Assembly: GCF_006345805.1 (NCBI RefSeq)
Contig: NC_043009.1
Location: 31,372,001-31,436,000 of the forward strand
From: Octopus sinensis
Lineage: Eukaryota
Direction of reading: 5' to 3'
Length of the DNA: 64,000 nucleotides
Below are positions 13,791-25,165 of the stretch, piece after piece. Within the stretch, counting starts at the first letter, position 1, and the number at the start of each line of letters is the position of its first letter. Below the pieces are notes generated by a model. The model saw only the letters and a program-made list of their open reading frames with translations. It was not told where the DNA came from and did no database searches. Both the position numbers and the translations under genes were made by a program.

Positions 13791-15212
13791 TTGATAAAAC
13801 GGTAAGATAACAAAAGAAAGAAAGAGACCTCAATATTATGTAAATAGAGGAAATTTATCTATACAATATGTTACATTACTCGGTAGTCAAGATAAAACTC
13901 TGAGTTTCAGATGCCGAAGGAAATCCACAACACCATCTCTTCGGTTATCTGGCTATTTGAAAACGTTATGAAAAAATACCGTTAAAAATGAAGGGAAATT
14001 ACTCTGTTATAACTCTGCTTTGCCTGCATACTTATACGTCGCTCGCATTTTTCGTCATAAAAATTATATAAAAATACATAAAATATATAAAAATATATAA
14101 AAATATATAAAATCTTCTTGGGACATAACACAGAAAGCATGTTCTATCCGTTTTCTTTAGGGGACCAAAAACGTAACAGAAATTTAGTCACATGTGGGCA
14201 TGATCCGAAAAGCTCTGTCCTTGTATTTAGACATGTGGTAGGGTCTAAGCTGCTTTTCCAGATAAGCCATCTCTCCATGTCGCATAAACCGCACCTTCCG
14301 CTGCCATTAGTATAGGGCTTACATCTGGCCAAAATCTTCCATTGTATGTTATAATCGACACCTTTATCTCTTAAAGACCAAATTATTGGATAATTGTGTC
14401 GCTTTTCTTTTGTTCCAGTGCCTAAAGCTCAAAGTGTGGTTATTGAACCTGGCCTTGAAATTACCCTCTGTCAGGCCCACGTATTTCTTCGTCGAAACGG
14501 TGTCTTTAGTAGTTATAGAGTTTACGGTAGCTTCATATATGATGGTCTTGGACATGCAAGCTCCATTTAGCGGGCACAATTCTTTATTCCTGCATGAACA
14601 GCTGTTTTCTTCTTGTGTTTTTTGTATGTTATGATTGATTATGTTTTTAAAATTGGTAGTTGAACTAAAACTAATTTTTAAATTGTGTCTATTGAAGAGT
14701 TTCCTATAAGCATGGTTAACTGGAAAATGTCTATCTATCAGTGCTAGGAAATATTTACCTATATTGAAGGCCACCTCGTGTGAGTAAGGGGGCGTAAAAC
14801 AGATGACCTTCCTATTTCTATTATTCCTTTTCCTTATTGTTGGGCTGGTGATAGGTGTATATTTTATTTTTTCGCTAAAACCACTATCTTTTAAAGCTTT
14901 ATTATAAACTGGGGCAACGCTATTGAAGATGTCCTCATTAGATGAGAGGCTAGAAATCCTCTTACTAATATTTTTAACTAAATTTTTGAATACTATAGGG
15001 GGATGGCATGAACCTACATTAATATAACTTAGTCTATCATTGGGCTTCCTATAAGGCTTATAAATATTATTATTAAGATCTAAGGAAACGTCTAAGAAAT
15101 TGACAACCGTCAGGTTAGTGTCTATAGTTATACTAAGTCCGAAGTGTTTCATTAACTGGATAATATCCTTCCTAAAACGATCTTGTGCTGGTCCATTTGT
15201 ATTAGCTGTTAA
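13790..15212 (-). mobile_element. Inverted 5'-truncated copy (left arm) of the same PLE
   Basis: 13856-15212 is the reverse complement of 16208-17571. ORFs 14364..15152(-) and 14144..14332(-) match ORFs 16130..16660, 16645..16896 and 17092..17280(+). It carries ~65 extra 3' bases (13790-13855) that the right arm lacks. Confidence 0.93.
13890..13950 (-). ncRNA. Variant minimal hammerhead ribozyme, left-arm copy
   Basis: Reverse complement of the 17475-17537 motif; it differs only by a 2-nt indel in loop 2. Confidence 0.65.
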
Positions 15213-17566
15213 TCCTTGATGGGATTTTTACTCTAAGAAACTTCTGCAAAAAATTACTGATGTAATTAAGCGTATGGTGGAAAGGCTTTCTTTTTGACAC
15301 AGAAGCGAACACAATCATAGAAAACATTTGCTATCGGATAAAATCCAAAAAATTCCCTCCTAGGATTAAAGGCTTGGAAGATTTCGAAGCGGACCTGCTG
15401 AAGATCATGAGCAAAATAAAGTTTCGTAAGTCTTTTAACAATTTCCAACATAAATGAAAAAAGATATGATCATATAAAAAGCTCCAAGAAAAAAGCCTTT
15501 TTTCGGATAAAACCAAGAACTTATACCTGGTAGATAACAGCAAATACACACAACTCTTACACAAAACAGATCATTAATAATTATACTAAGGCTAGGGCAC
15601 ATACATATAACGAAATTAATAAAGAAGCTAGCGTCATCGCCGCTAACTTAAATTAGATAAAAAAATAGAAACCCTCCCCCAAAAAGAGGCCTTATTACTT
15701 AAAGACCACAAAGAAAACTCCTTTCAACCCTAAATGTAGGCTTATCAACCCAGCCAAGTCAGGAACTAGGGATATTAGCAAAGAAATTTAGATAAATAAA
15801 TACGAAATAAGACCGATACTAGGCTAGTGCAATGTCCAATAGTATAGAAGTCGTAGTTGACTGGTTTAAAGCTATTAAGAATAAGAAAAAGCGAGGTTTA
15901 CACAATTCGATATTGTTGATTTTTATGCTCTATCTCTAAAGAACTGCTAGATAAAGCCCTAATCTTCGCTAGTGACTTCATAGAAATAGTACCAATGATA
16001 AGGATATAATCTTCCATGCTAGAAAAGAATTACTTTCAGTGAGAATGCCAAGTGGGTAAAAACCACCGACACGGAGGGCGCTTTCGATGAGCATGGGTTC
16101 ATATGATGGGGCAGGCATCTGTGATCTAATTGGACTCTTTCTCAGATACCTTCGGTAAGACATTCCCTAACGTACAGTTCGCTATCTACAAAGATGATGC
16201 CCTCGCCTTAACAGCTAATACAAATGGACCAGCACAAGATCGTTTTAGGAAGGATATTATCCAGTTAATGAAACACTTCGGACTTAGTATAACTATAGAC
16301 ACTAACCTGACGGTTGTCAATTTCTTAGACGTTTCCTTAGATCTTAATAATAATATTTATAAGCCTTATAGGAAGCCCAATGATAGACTAAGTTATATTA
16401 ATGTAGGTTCATGCCATCCCCCTATAGTATTCAAAAATTTAGTTAAAAATATTAGTAAGAGGATTTCTAGCCTCTCATCTAATGAGGACATCTTCAATAG
16501 CGTTGCCCCAGTTTATAATAAAGCTTTAAAAGATAGTGGTTTTAGCGAAAAAATAAAATATACACCTATCACCAGCCCAACAATAAGGAAAAGGAATAAT
16601 AGAAATAGGAGGTCATCTGGTTTACGCCCCCTTACTCACCCGAGGTGGCCTTCAATATAGGTAAATATTTCCTAGCACTGATAGATAGACATTTTCCAGT
16701 TAACCATGCTTATAGGAAACTCTTCAATAGACACAATTTAAAAATTAGTTTTAGTTCAACTACCAATTTTAAAAACATAATCAATCATAACATACAAAAA
16801 ACACAAGAAGAAAACAGCTGTTCATGCAGGAATAAAGAATTGTGCCCGCTAAATGGAGCTTGCATGTCCAAGACCATCATATTGAAGTTACCGTAAACTC
16901 TATAACTACTAAAGACACCGTTTCGACGAAAAGAATGCGTGGGGGCCTGGGACAGAGGGTAATTTCAAGGCCAGGTTCAATAACCACACTTTGAGCTTTA
17001 GGCACTGGAACAAAAGAAAAGCGACACAATTATCCAATCATATTGGTCTTTAAGAGATAAAGGTGTCGATTATAACATACAATGGAAGATTTTGGCCAGA
17101 TGTAAGCCCTATACTAACGGCAGCGGAAGGTGCGGTTTATGCGACATGGAGAGATGGCTTATCTGGAAAAGCAGCTTAGACCCTACCACATGTCTAAATA
17201 CAAGGACAGAGCTTTTCGGATCATGCCCACATGTGACTAAATTTCTGTTACGTTTTTGGTCCCCTAAAGAAAACGGATAGAACATGCTTTCTGTGTTATG
17301 TCCCAAGAAGATTTTATATATTTTTATATATTTTTATATATTTTTATGTATTTTTATATAATTTTTATGACGAAAAATGCGAGCGACGTATAAGTACGCA
17401 GGCAAAGCAGAGTTATAACAGAGTAATTTCCCTTCATTTTTAACGGTATTTTTTCATAACGTTTTCAAATAGCCAGATAACCGAAGAGATGGTGTTGTGG
17501 ATTTCCACTTCGGCATCTGAAACTCAGAGTTTTATCTTGACTACCGAGTAATGTAACATATTGTAT

Positions 17567-17571
<5 letters not shown>
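15213..17571 (+). mobile_element. Penelope-like retroelement (PLE), near full-length copy: RT + C-terminal GIY-YIG endonuclease, frameshifted; probably Hydra-type clade
   Basis: Fragmented ORF from ~15219 to the stop at 17280. It shows an N-terminal K(R)MRWKAFF-like motif, KDHKEN..NPKCRLINPAK, FDIVDFY, MGSYDG, the catalytic YKDD, FLDVSLDL and HPP. The linker is CSCRNKELCPLNGAC (CxCx5Cx5C). The GIY-YIG shows IIYEAT..KYVGLTEGNFKARFNNH and a C-terminal CGLCDME. The element is inserted in (TA)n. Clade assignment is inferred from domain order and linker. Confidence 0.93.
17475..17537 (+). ncRNA. Variant minimal type I hammerhead ribozyme in the PLE 3' pseudo-LTR
   Basis: Stem I AGATAA(17475-80)/TTATCT(17532-37); core CCGAAGA; stem II GATG/CATC plus an extra T; GAAA; palindromic stem III AACTC-A-GAGTT; predicted GUU cleavage after 17531. 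Confidence 0.65.
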
Positions 17572-17617
<46 letters not shown>

Positions 17618-17644
17618 TATATACATACTTGTATTTATATTTAT

Positions 17645-17990
17645 ATCATCATCTGCATCATCATCGTCATCAGTATCAGCATCATTATTTAATGCTCATT
17701 TTCCATGGTGGTGTGGGACGGACAGTTTGACAGGATTTCAACAACCTGGATGCACCAACCTCAAGCACCAGTGTCTGTCGTGGCATAGTTTCTGTGGCTG
17801 GTTGCATTCTCTTATATCAGTCACCCTACAGAGCAAGCCAGATGCTTTTTCTGTGACTCTGGCACTAGTGAGGTCACCAAGTGTCTCACAATACAAAGAT
17901 AAAAAGCAGCCCTTAAATGCAAGAGCTAGGGTTAGAGGGGGAAATGGCTCAATGCAAAATGTTGAGATGCTAAAATAAGATGGAGGGGTA
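17645..17990 (-). mobile_element. RTE-related 3'-end fragment (older)
   Basis: (CAT)n tail followed by TTTAATG..TTTTCCATG..GGACAGTTTGACAGG, similar to the other RTE tails. Confidence 0.6.
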
Positions 17991-17999
17991 GGCACAGAG

Positions 18000-18480
18000 G
18001 GATGTTATGCTATAGAAGCAATACCCAGGTATCTTGAATTAGATATGGGTGAGAGCAGTTGGAAAGAAGACGAGGAAGGCTTCTGATGTATTGTTAGATA
18101 AAACTTTCAAGATATGTGAATGTGAGCATAAGAGAAAATATGGACAGAAGATTGGGAAATGTAGGTGGATAAGTTCTGTAGAATGGGAGAGGTGAGCGAC
18201 AAATGGTCAGATATGGGTGTTGGGTGAATAGCACAAAGATGGAGACGGGAGATGTGGGTGATGGTGAATATTAGTGTGGGGGTGGGAGGTGAAAGAAATA
18301 GGAGTGATTCAAGGAGAAAGAGTCAAGTGGCAGCAGAGGAAGTATGGTGAGCAGCAAAATTATGATAAAATGGTAGATAATGTGTGGGGATGGGAGAGTG
18401 AGGGGAGGAAAAGAGATGTACAGTGACAGAGATGGATGTCAGAGGTACATAGGGAAGGCTAGAGTGAGTGGTGTTGCTCT
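18000..18480 (-). mobile_element. Highly degenerate Penelope-like coding remnant
   Basis: Minus strand LPFYRTYPPTFPNLLSI resembles the PLE thumb-linker motif P.vlTYhP.lpnl..i; purine-rich plus strand. Confidence 0.3.
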
Positions 18481-20641
18481 CTAGGGTTGTTGTTTGTCTT
18501 ATTAGAAAATTCTGAGTAGTGACTCATGTAAACTCAACCTTGGGTAAAGAAATGTCTGTTTATCTATTTATGTATCTGCATATCTCTTTCATCTGTTTCT
18601 TTTTATAATCTCTCTCTCTTTCTATTTCTCTCTCTCTCTCTCTCACTTTTCTTTCTCTGTCATTGCATACTTTCTAGTGTGACAAAAGAAGAAAAAGCAA
18701 CAGAGAAATGAAAATCAACATGGCCTAATATATGATATGTTAACATAAATTATATAAACTATGCGATAACACTTTTTCTTTTTAGCTGAAATGAGTATTA
18801 AAAAATATGAAGGTGATACTCCAGCCTGTGCTGACATGAACAGGAAAGCAAAAATGATCTGAAGAACTACAGAACTATGTATCAATTATTAACGGCTCAT
18901 TATGTTACTTAAATCCTTTGTGAAAAATAAAACAAGAGAATCATAGAAATACATTCTTCTGTACGATGCTTTAATCATGTCTAATGGTTTCAATATTTGC
19001 TGTTTACACACACACACACACACATATGTGCGTGCACACTCACATGCACACACAGCCAGCTACCCGTTCACATATCAATACACAGAACATGTTGAAATAT
19101 TCCATTTGCTAGATATGCTTCTCTAATCAGTTGTGTTGTGTTTGTTCAGAACTTGGCTTCTTCATGGGAGCTGCTTATATATTAGGGCCATTAACTAAAT
19201 AACACACACACACACAAACAAACAAACAAATAAAAAAGTGGAGATAACTGAGAATATATGAAGCAAGTTCCAGTTGAATGAAGACTGCAAGACATTAGTG
19301 AATCCCAGACATAATTATTTCACTTCGCTGACATTTTTAATGCTCTCCAATAAGTTGTGAACATGGACATCACATCATGAACACCTCGTGAAGATAATGA
19401 GACCAAAAAAAACAATTAACACAGGGAATTGGAAAGGTAGTAAAAGCATAGAATACATTATGGGATACCTTGCAGCATTTCTAGTAGTTCTCTATGTTTT
19501 GAGTTCAAATCCCAGCATGATCATCTTGTCTTTTCAACCTTTAACAGGTCAAGAAATAAAGTAACAGTCCAGAATAATGAATGTTAGAACTGTAAGAGTA
19601 TCAGAAGAGATGACTTGTGGTATGTGCTATGATTTTTCTAGGTTCAAATTCTTGACTTAACTGGTGCTTCGTCAATAGTAATTTGCAAAGTGCTGACATT
19701 GATTCGAAAGTAAAAAAGACACTGCTGTAATTTTGGTTTGGTTTGAAAACTTCAACTTTTAGGAGAGAAGCTATCATAGATCAATAAAGCTCAATTATCA
19801 TTTTCATTTCGTTTCCGAAACACTTTCGTACAAAATCAAATAATAAAAAGACAAGCTGTTATTTCTGTTTACACCGCATCAATTCAAATCCAGTAGATTA
19901 TTTTTGTTATTCCTGGTTGCTTATAGATACATACCTTTTTATGTCGCTGTTAATTTGGAAAGGTACGTAACTTACTTGAAGAGAGTATATCTTCTATCAC
20001 AAGCACATGATTGTTTTTTTATCTTTTTGCTATTATGTCGAACAATATCCAAGCTGCATTTAAATATAGAGTTTTTTTCATACTGTTGTCATGGTTCAAT
20101 AGAATGCTACAACTTGGTGTCAAAACCACAATGATTTCCAATACATCAGCTAATGATGAGGAGTCTATGTTTACTTAGATAACATATGGTGTTATCTAAA
20201 TTTAAGTAATTATGCAATTATAACTAAGTTTCTTTCTTCATTTGTCCTCCTTTTTATTGAAAAGAACATTTAAAAAGAATAAACAATAAATTAGTGCTAA
20301 TTAAACTAATCAATTAATGACTATTTAACAGAATTAATTAAAAGCAAAAAAATAAACATTACACAAATATAACGTGTGTGTGTGTCTATGCATATGTATA
20401 TATATATATGGATTTGTATAGAAAGAGTGCATTTCTCAACCAGTTGGCTTTGGTTTCAGTTCAACTGTATGGCATCATGGGCCAGTGTTTTCTACTGTAG
20501 CCCCAATATAACTAATGGCTTGTAAAGGAAACTGATACAAGTTCATAATGTGTGTGTATACAATATATACATATATATATATATATCAGAAATATTAAAT
20601 TTCTAAATGTCTCAAAGAGGCATGAGCAGTGGTGGAGCCAT

Positions 20642-20906
20642 AGAGTGGTTGTATACTGTCAACTTAACGTGACAGTCCTGTATGGGAATTATACCACCGC
20701 TGTTTAGCCCTAGGAAGCATCGAACGTTTCCTGTCGGCTTTGACACATTGACACTTTGACACATTGACACATTGACACATTGACACATGGACACAGAAAA
20801 TGTGTCAAAGCCGACAGGAAGCGTTCGATGCTTCCTAGGGCTAAACAGCAGTGGTGTAATTCCCATACAGAACTGTCACGTTAAGTTGACAGTATACAAC
20901 CACTCT
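20642..20906. mobile_element. Palindromic MITE/foldback element, 265 bp
   Basis: 108-bp inverted arms 20642-20749 and 20799-20906 with 4 mismatches; 49-bp spacer of GACACATT repeats. Confidence 0.85.
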
Positions 20907-21086
20907 CTCTCTATATATATACTTATACATCTATGTCATTTTCTTTAAACTAGAATGTATAATTTCCACGTTCATATTTGAATATTTTGCATTTCAATAA
21001 TTTTTCCCTGATTTTACTCATTCTCGAATTTGATGGACATATAGCGGTACGTAAACTGACTCAAGAAATCTCTAGGGAGACTTTTT

Positions 21087-21139
21087 ATTGATGTACCTGA
21101 AGAGACCCAGAACAGGTCGAGACATGTGTTGTACCCAAT
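21087..21139 (+). ncRNA. Minimal type I hammerhead ribozyme (near-canonical; GAAA mutated to GAGA) in a probable PLE pseudo-LTR remnant
   Basis: GTAC-CTGAAGA-GACC(cagaaca)GGTC-GAGA-C(atgt)G-TT-GTAC. Canonical core, 4-bp stem II, palindromic ACATGT stem III, and stem I extendable by ATTG/CAAT. Confidence 0.7.
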
Positions 21140-21419
21140 AAAGTCTATTACACATTCCATCTCCTATTTTATTAATACAGTTACCCCAACTGCCACTACG
21201 AAGTTCCTGCAGTAAATCTATGGATGACAACAGGTAAGCTAATCTGTGATGGCGCTTTACACATTATCCATTTATACAATTTCCCCATTATTTTATATAT
21301 ATATATATATATATATATGTAGATAGATAGATATGCAAGTAGACAAATGAAAGAAGGGAACTCAACACATTTTTAGGGAGTTACATGTATAGATCAAAAC
21401 AGTTTGATTCAGACTTCTT

Positions 21420-21457
21420 GGTACTCTGAGTTTCAAGTGCATTGCTAGTCTTCAGCC
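21420..21457 (-). ncRNA. Degenerate hammerhead-like motif
   Basis: Minus strand GG-CTGAAGA-ctagcaatgcactt-GAAACTCAGAGT-A-CC. Its stem III is the same as in the 17.5-kb PLE hammerhead, but stems I and II are decayed. Confidence 0.35.
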
Positions 21458-21539
21458 TCTGGGGTCTGAATGAGAGTTTAACTGAAGAGAGTCAACGTTT
21501 ACAACTGGATGTTAGCCTGTGAGTGGTCGAGAAAGGTCA

Positions 21540-22490
21540 CATGGTATAGCGGTTTGATGTTAGTATTTCAGTAGCAACAATTAGTTGGAAAATACTGCAT
21601 GGTGAATAGGAACTTGACCATGTGATGAACAGGAAATAGACTGCGTGATGGACAAGATACCAGTCGTTTGGTCGGGGAGGAGTAAGTAGGGGCAGTAGAT
21701 GTTGGGGTATATATGTATACATGTACATGTATATGCCCATGTATCTATGTGTATGCATCCATACTTATATGAGTGTGTGTGTGTGCTTAGATGCACATTC
21801 ACAGATCCATACGTGTGCAACACACACACATGAAGTTACACATGCACACACAAGCATGCAAGTATACACACACACATACATACACACATGCACACATTTA
21901 CCTCCATGAACATATGCACATGAGCACATGCACACACACAGAGGTGCACATGTATATGGGCATGCATGCATGAACACCTGCATACACCCATGCACACACA
22001 TCTGTATGCATGTATACAGTGAGCAGATGCATATATGCAGTCATGTACAGACACACATGCATATACTTGTGTGGTTATGCACAACGGATGATGTAGAAGG
22101 GGGTGAGAGAACGTTGGTAGACAGGTATGGAGAAGTGCAGGGGTTTGGTGATTTGCAATACTGTTCATGGGGGTTAATTTGTGATGGTGACTTTGGTGCA
22201 GGTGGTACCAGGGGTGGATGGCACTAAGTAGGTACATCTGGATTGTCGGTAACCAGTGACCTGAAATTTACCAGAAGCATGTACATCTGGTGACAACAAG
22301 ATGCTACCACATATTTCTTGTTGATGGATACTGCATGTTGACAGATGATATGCAGATTTTCTTGGAGGCACGGCTGGCAATTAGGGACACCGACTGGATA
22401 TGGTGGTGCCCTGTTGATAATAGTCCACTTGATGCTGAGTGTTTCATCTCAGATGTGATGAAGTCTCCAGAGAAAGCGTGACAGGAAAGT
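21540..22490 (-). mobile_element. Highly degenerate Penelope-like coding remnant
   Basis: Minus-strand translations SITQSISCSS (resembling the PLE pre-GIY ITQSFTCTS motif) and GDFITSE...; interrupted by a CA-rich tract; the degenerate hammerhead at 21420-21457 lies downstream on the same strand. Confidence 0.33.
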
Positions 22491-22534
22491 TCTCTCTGTC
22501 CCTGAATCTAAATGAATGCACATGCTGGGAATAT

Positions 22535-22569
<35 letters not shown>

Positions 22570-22570
<1 letters not shown>

Positions 22571-22760
22571 GGGAGAGGTTACGAAAAAAAAACATAAGAT
22601 GAAGACAGGTGGTGTACAAAACAAACAGATGTATTAGTATAACGCTCAGGAATAGAAAAAGTCTTTTACGTTTTGAGCCTACACTCTTCTACAGAAAGGG
22701 ACACAGAAAAAACAAGGAGAGAAAAAAATGTGTGTAGTGGCTAACGATCTATCATGTATA
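22570..22760 (-). mobile_element. PLE pseudo-LTR-like remnant with a hammerhead-like motif (copy 2)
   Basis: High identity by eye to 1237-1395; GAAA is decayed to AAAA; flanked by (TA)n. Confidence 0.55.
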
Positions 22761-23072
22761 TATATGTATATATATGCAGGTGTTATTCATTCAGTTTGTT
22801 AAATATGTTTTGTTGTTTTGGTTTATGTGTGAAGTTCAGCTCTCTTCTGATTCTGCCAGGAACAAAATGCTGTGTATACAGTCTGTTAAGTGGTTAGCAT
22901 CAGGAAGGTCCATCCAACCATGGAATCAAAGCCTAATAATGAAACCAACAAGACAAATGCGATATTTTATCCCATCTAGCAGAGTAAAAATAACCTGTTC
23001 GGCCCTTGCCAGTATGGAATGGAAATGTTAAATTGCCAATGACAATCAATGTCAATTACAATAATGAGAATA

Positions 23073-23131
<59 letters not shown>

Positions 23132-23395
23132 TGTGTTAGTATGATTCATGTCTCGAAGTTTTCATTTTTATTTCAAGTATCACTTTTCTTATATTTATTT
23201 TCATTGTTGTTTTTCTTTTATTATTACTTCTTCAGAAAAATGGTTTTCATTTTCTTTCAAGCTTCTTTAAAATACTTTTTGCATATTTAAAATTAATTGT
23301 TTAAATTTTAAAACAGAAACCTGCATATACATATATAGATGTGTATATGTTTGCACGTGCATAAATAAATATATATACATAAACACACACATGAT

Positions 23396-23436
<41 letters not shown>

Positions 23437-23564
23437 TTATATATACATACATGTACATATATGTATATATATATAAGTATATATATAATAAACATACTAT
23501 CATTGTCATGGCTATCCCGTGAGATTGAGGATAATAGTCTTTGTTTAATATATATATATATATA

Positions 23565-23930
23565 TATCATCACCATCATCATCATCATTTAACGTCCGTT
23601 TTCCATGCTAGCATGAATTGGACGGTTCGACCGGGTTCTGGGAAGCCAGGAGGCTGCACCATGCTCCAATCTGATCTGGCAGTATTTCTACAGCTGAATG
23701 CCCTTCCTAACGCCAACCTTTCCGTGAGTGTAGTGGGTGCTTTCTACGTGCCACCGGCATGGGTGCCATGCGAGGCTGGCAATGGCCACAATCGGTTGGT
23801 GCTTTTTACTTGCCCCCGTCATGGTGGCCAGTCGAGGTGGTGCTGGCAACGACCACATTCAGATGGATCTTTTTACGTGCCACCGGTACTGGTATCACAA
23901 CTACAATTTCCATTGATTTTTGATCGATAC
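23565..23930 (-). mobile_element. RTE 3'-end fragment
   Basis: Homologous to the 40200-40880 3' UTR but with only 2-3 diverged repeat units. Confidence 0.85.
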
Positions 23931-23953
23931 AAATGTATGTATATAGGCATATA

Positions 23954-24340
23954 GGTGCAGGCGTGGCTGTGTGGTAAGTAGTTTGCTTACCAACCACATG
24001 GTCCTGGGTTCAGTCCCACTGCATGGCACCTTGGGAAAGTGTCTGCTACTATAGCTTCGGGCTGACCAAAGCCTAGTGAGTGGATTTGGTTGATGGAAAC
24101 TGAAAGAAGCCCATTGTATATGTATGTGTGTGTATATGTTTGTGTGCCTGTTTGTCCCCACAACATCACTTGACAATTGATGCTGGTGTGTTTACGTCCC
24201 CGTAACTTAGCAGTTCAGTAAAAGAGACTGATAGAATAAGGACTAGGCTTACAAAGAATAAGTCCTGGAGTTGATTTGCTCAACTAAAGGTGGTGCTCCA
24301 GCATGGCCACAGTTAAATGATGGAAACAAGTAAAAGAGTG
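23954..24340 (+). mobile_element. tRNA-derived SINE family A
   Basis: A-box-like TGGCTGTGTGG and B-box-like GGTTCAGTCC; internal (TA/TG)n; 3' AAAAGAG tail; many copies in the window. Confidence 0.85.
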
Positions 24341-24759
24341 TGCGTGTGTGTGAGTGAGTGTGAGATATACAAATTACCTCGTTTGTTATAATTGCTTCTT
24401 AAACGGTGTTTAAAAATCTTGATATTTACAAGATGAAAATAAAAAAAAAGATGAATAAATGCAAAATTAATTCAAAAGAAACAAAAAGAATTAAATATGC
24501 TAAAAATCAGGAAAGAAAGAATTGTGGGAAATAAAAAAAAATGATATAAATTAAATGAAACCTGAACAAAACATAAAAATAACATAAAATGCATAAAAAA
24601 AAAACAAAAAACAAGTTTTATTATTTTTTAGATATTGAAGTAAGTGAAAAATATCCCATAGCAATGCAGCAATTATTGTTGTCATTAGCAACAGCAGCAG
24701 CAGTACTATCATGAATACCATTATCTCTCTTACTGTCATCCTTCCCTACCTCCATCTCC

Positions 24760-25035
24760 TCCTCATTGTTATTATTATCATCATCACCGATTTCATCACC
24801 ATCCTCGTGATTATCATGATCTTCATCAACATTATCATCACCATTGCCGTTGTCATCGTCATCATCATCATTATCATCATCATCGTCGTTGTCATTATCA
24901 TCATCATCGTCATCATCATCCTCATTATAAACATCATTGTCGTCATCGTCTTCATCATCCTCATCATCATCATCACCATCATCATCGTCATCATCATTAT
25001 TATCAACGTCATCGTTGTCGTTATCATCATCATCG

Positions 25036-25085
<50 letters not shown>

Positions 25086-25165
25086 GTCATCATCATCATC
25101 ATCATTATCAATATCATCGTCGTCATCGCCGTTGTCGTCATCATCATCATCATCATCATCTGTTC
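24760..25165. repeat. (ATC/GTC)n cryptic trinucleotide tract
   Basis: Direct inspection; source of the poly-I/M/S ORFs. Confidence 0.95.

Noticed and set aside
15213-17280. Selenocysteine-recoding (Naiad-type) PLE
   Set aside because: The domain order is RT then EN rather than N-terminal EN, and the interruptions are mostly indel frameshifts rather than in-frame TGA codons at Cys positions.
18784-19962. Plus-strand micro-exon candidates (~18784 and 19927-19962; also ~7000, 38150 and 45270)
   Set aside because: Good splice-like sites, but short with several possible frames and no recognisable joined protein; indistinguishable from pseudo-exons without RNA data.
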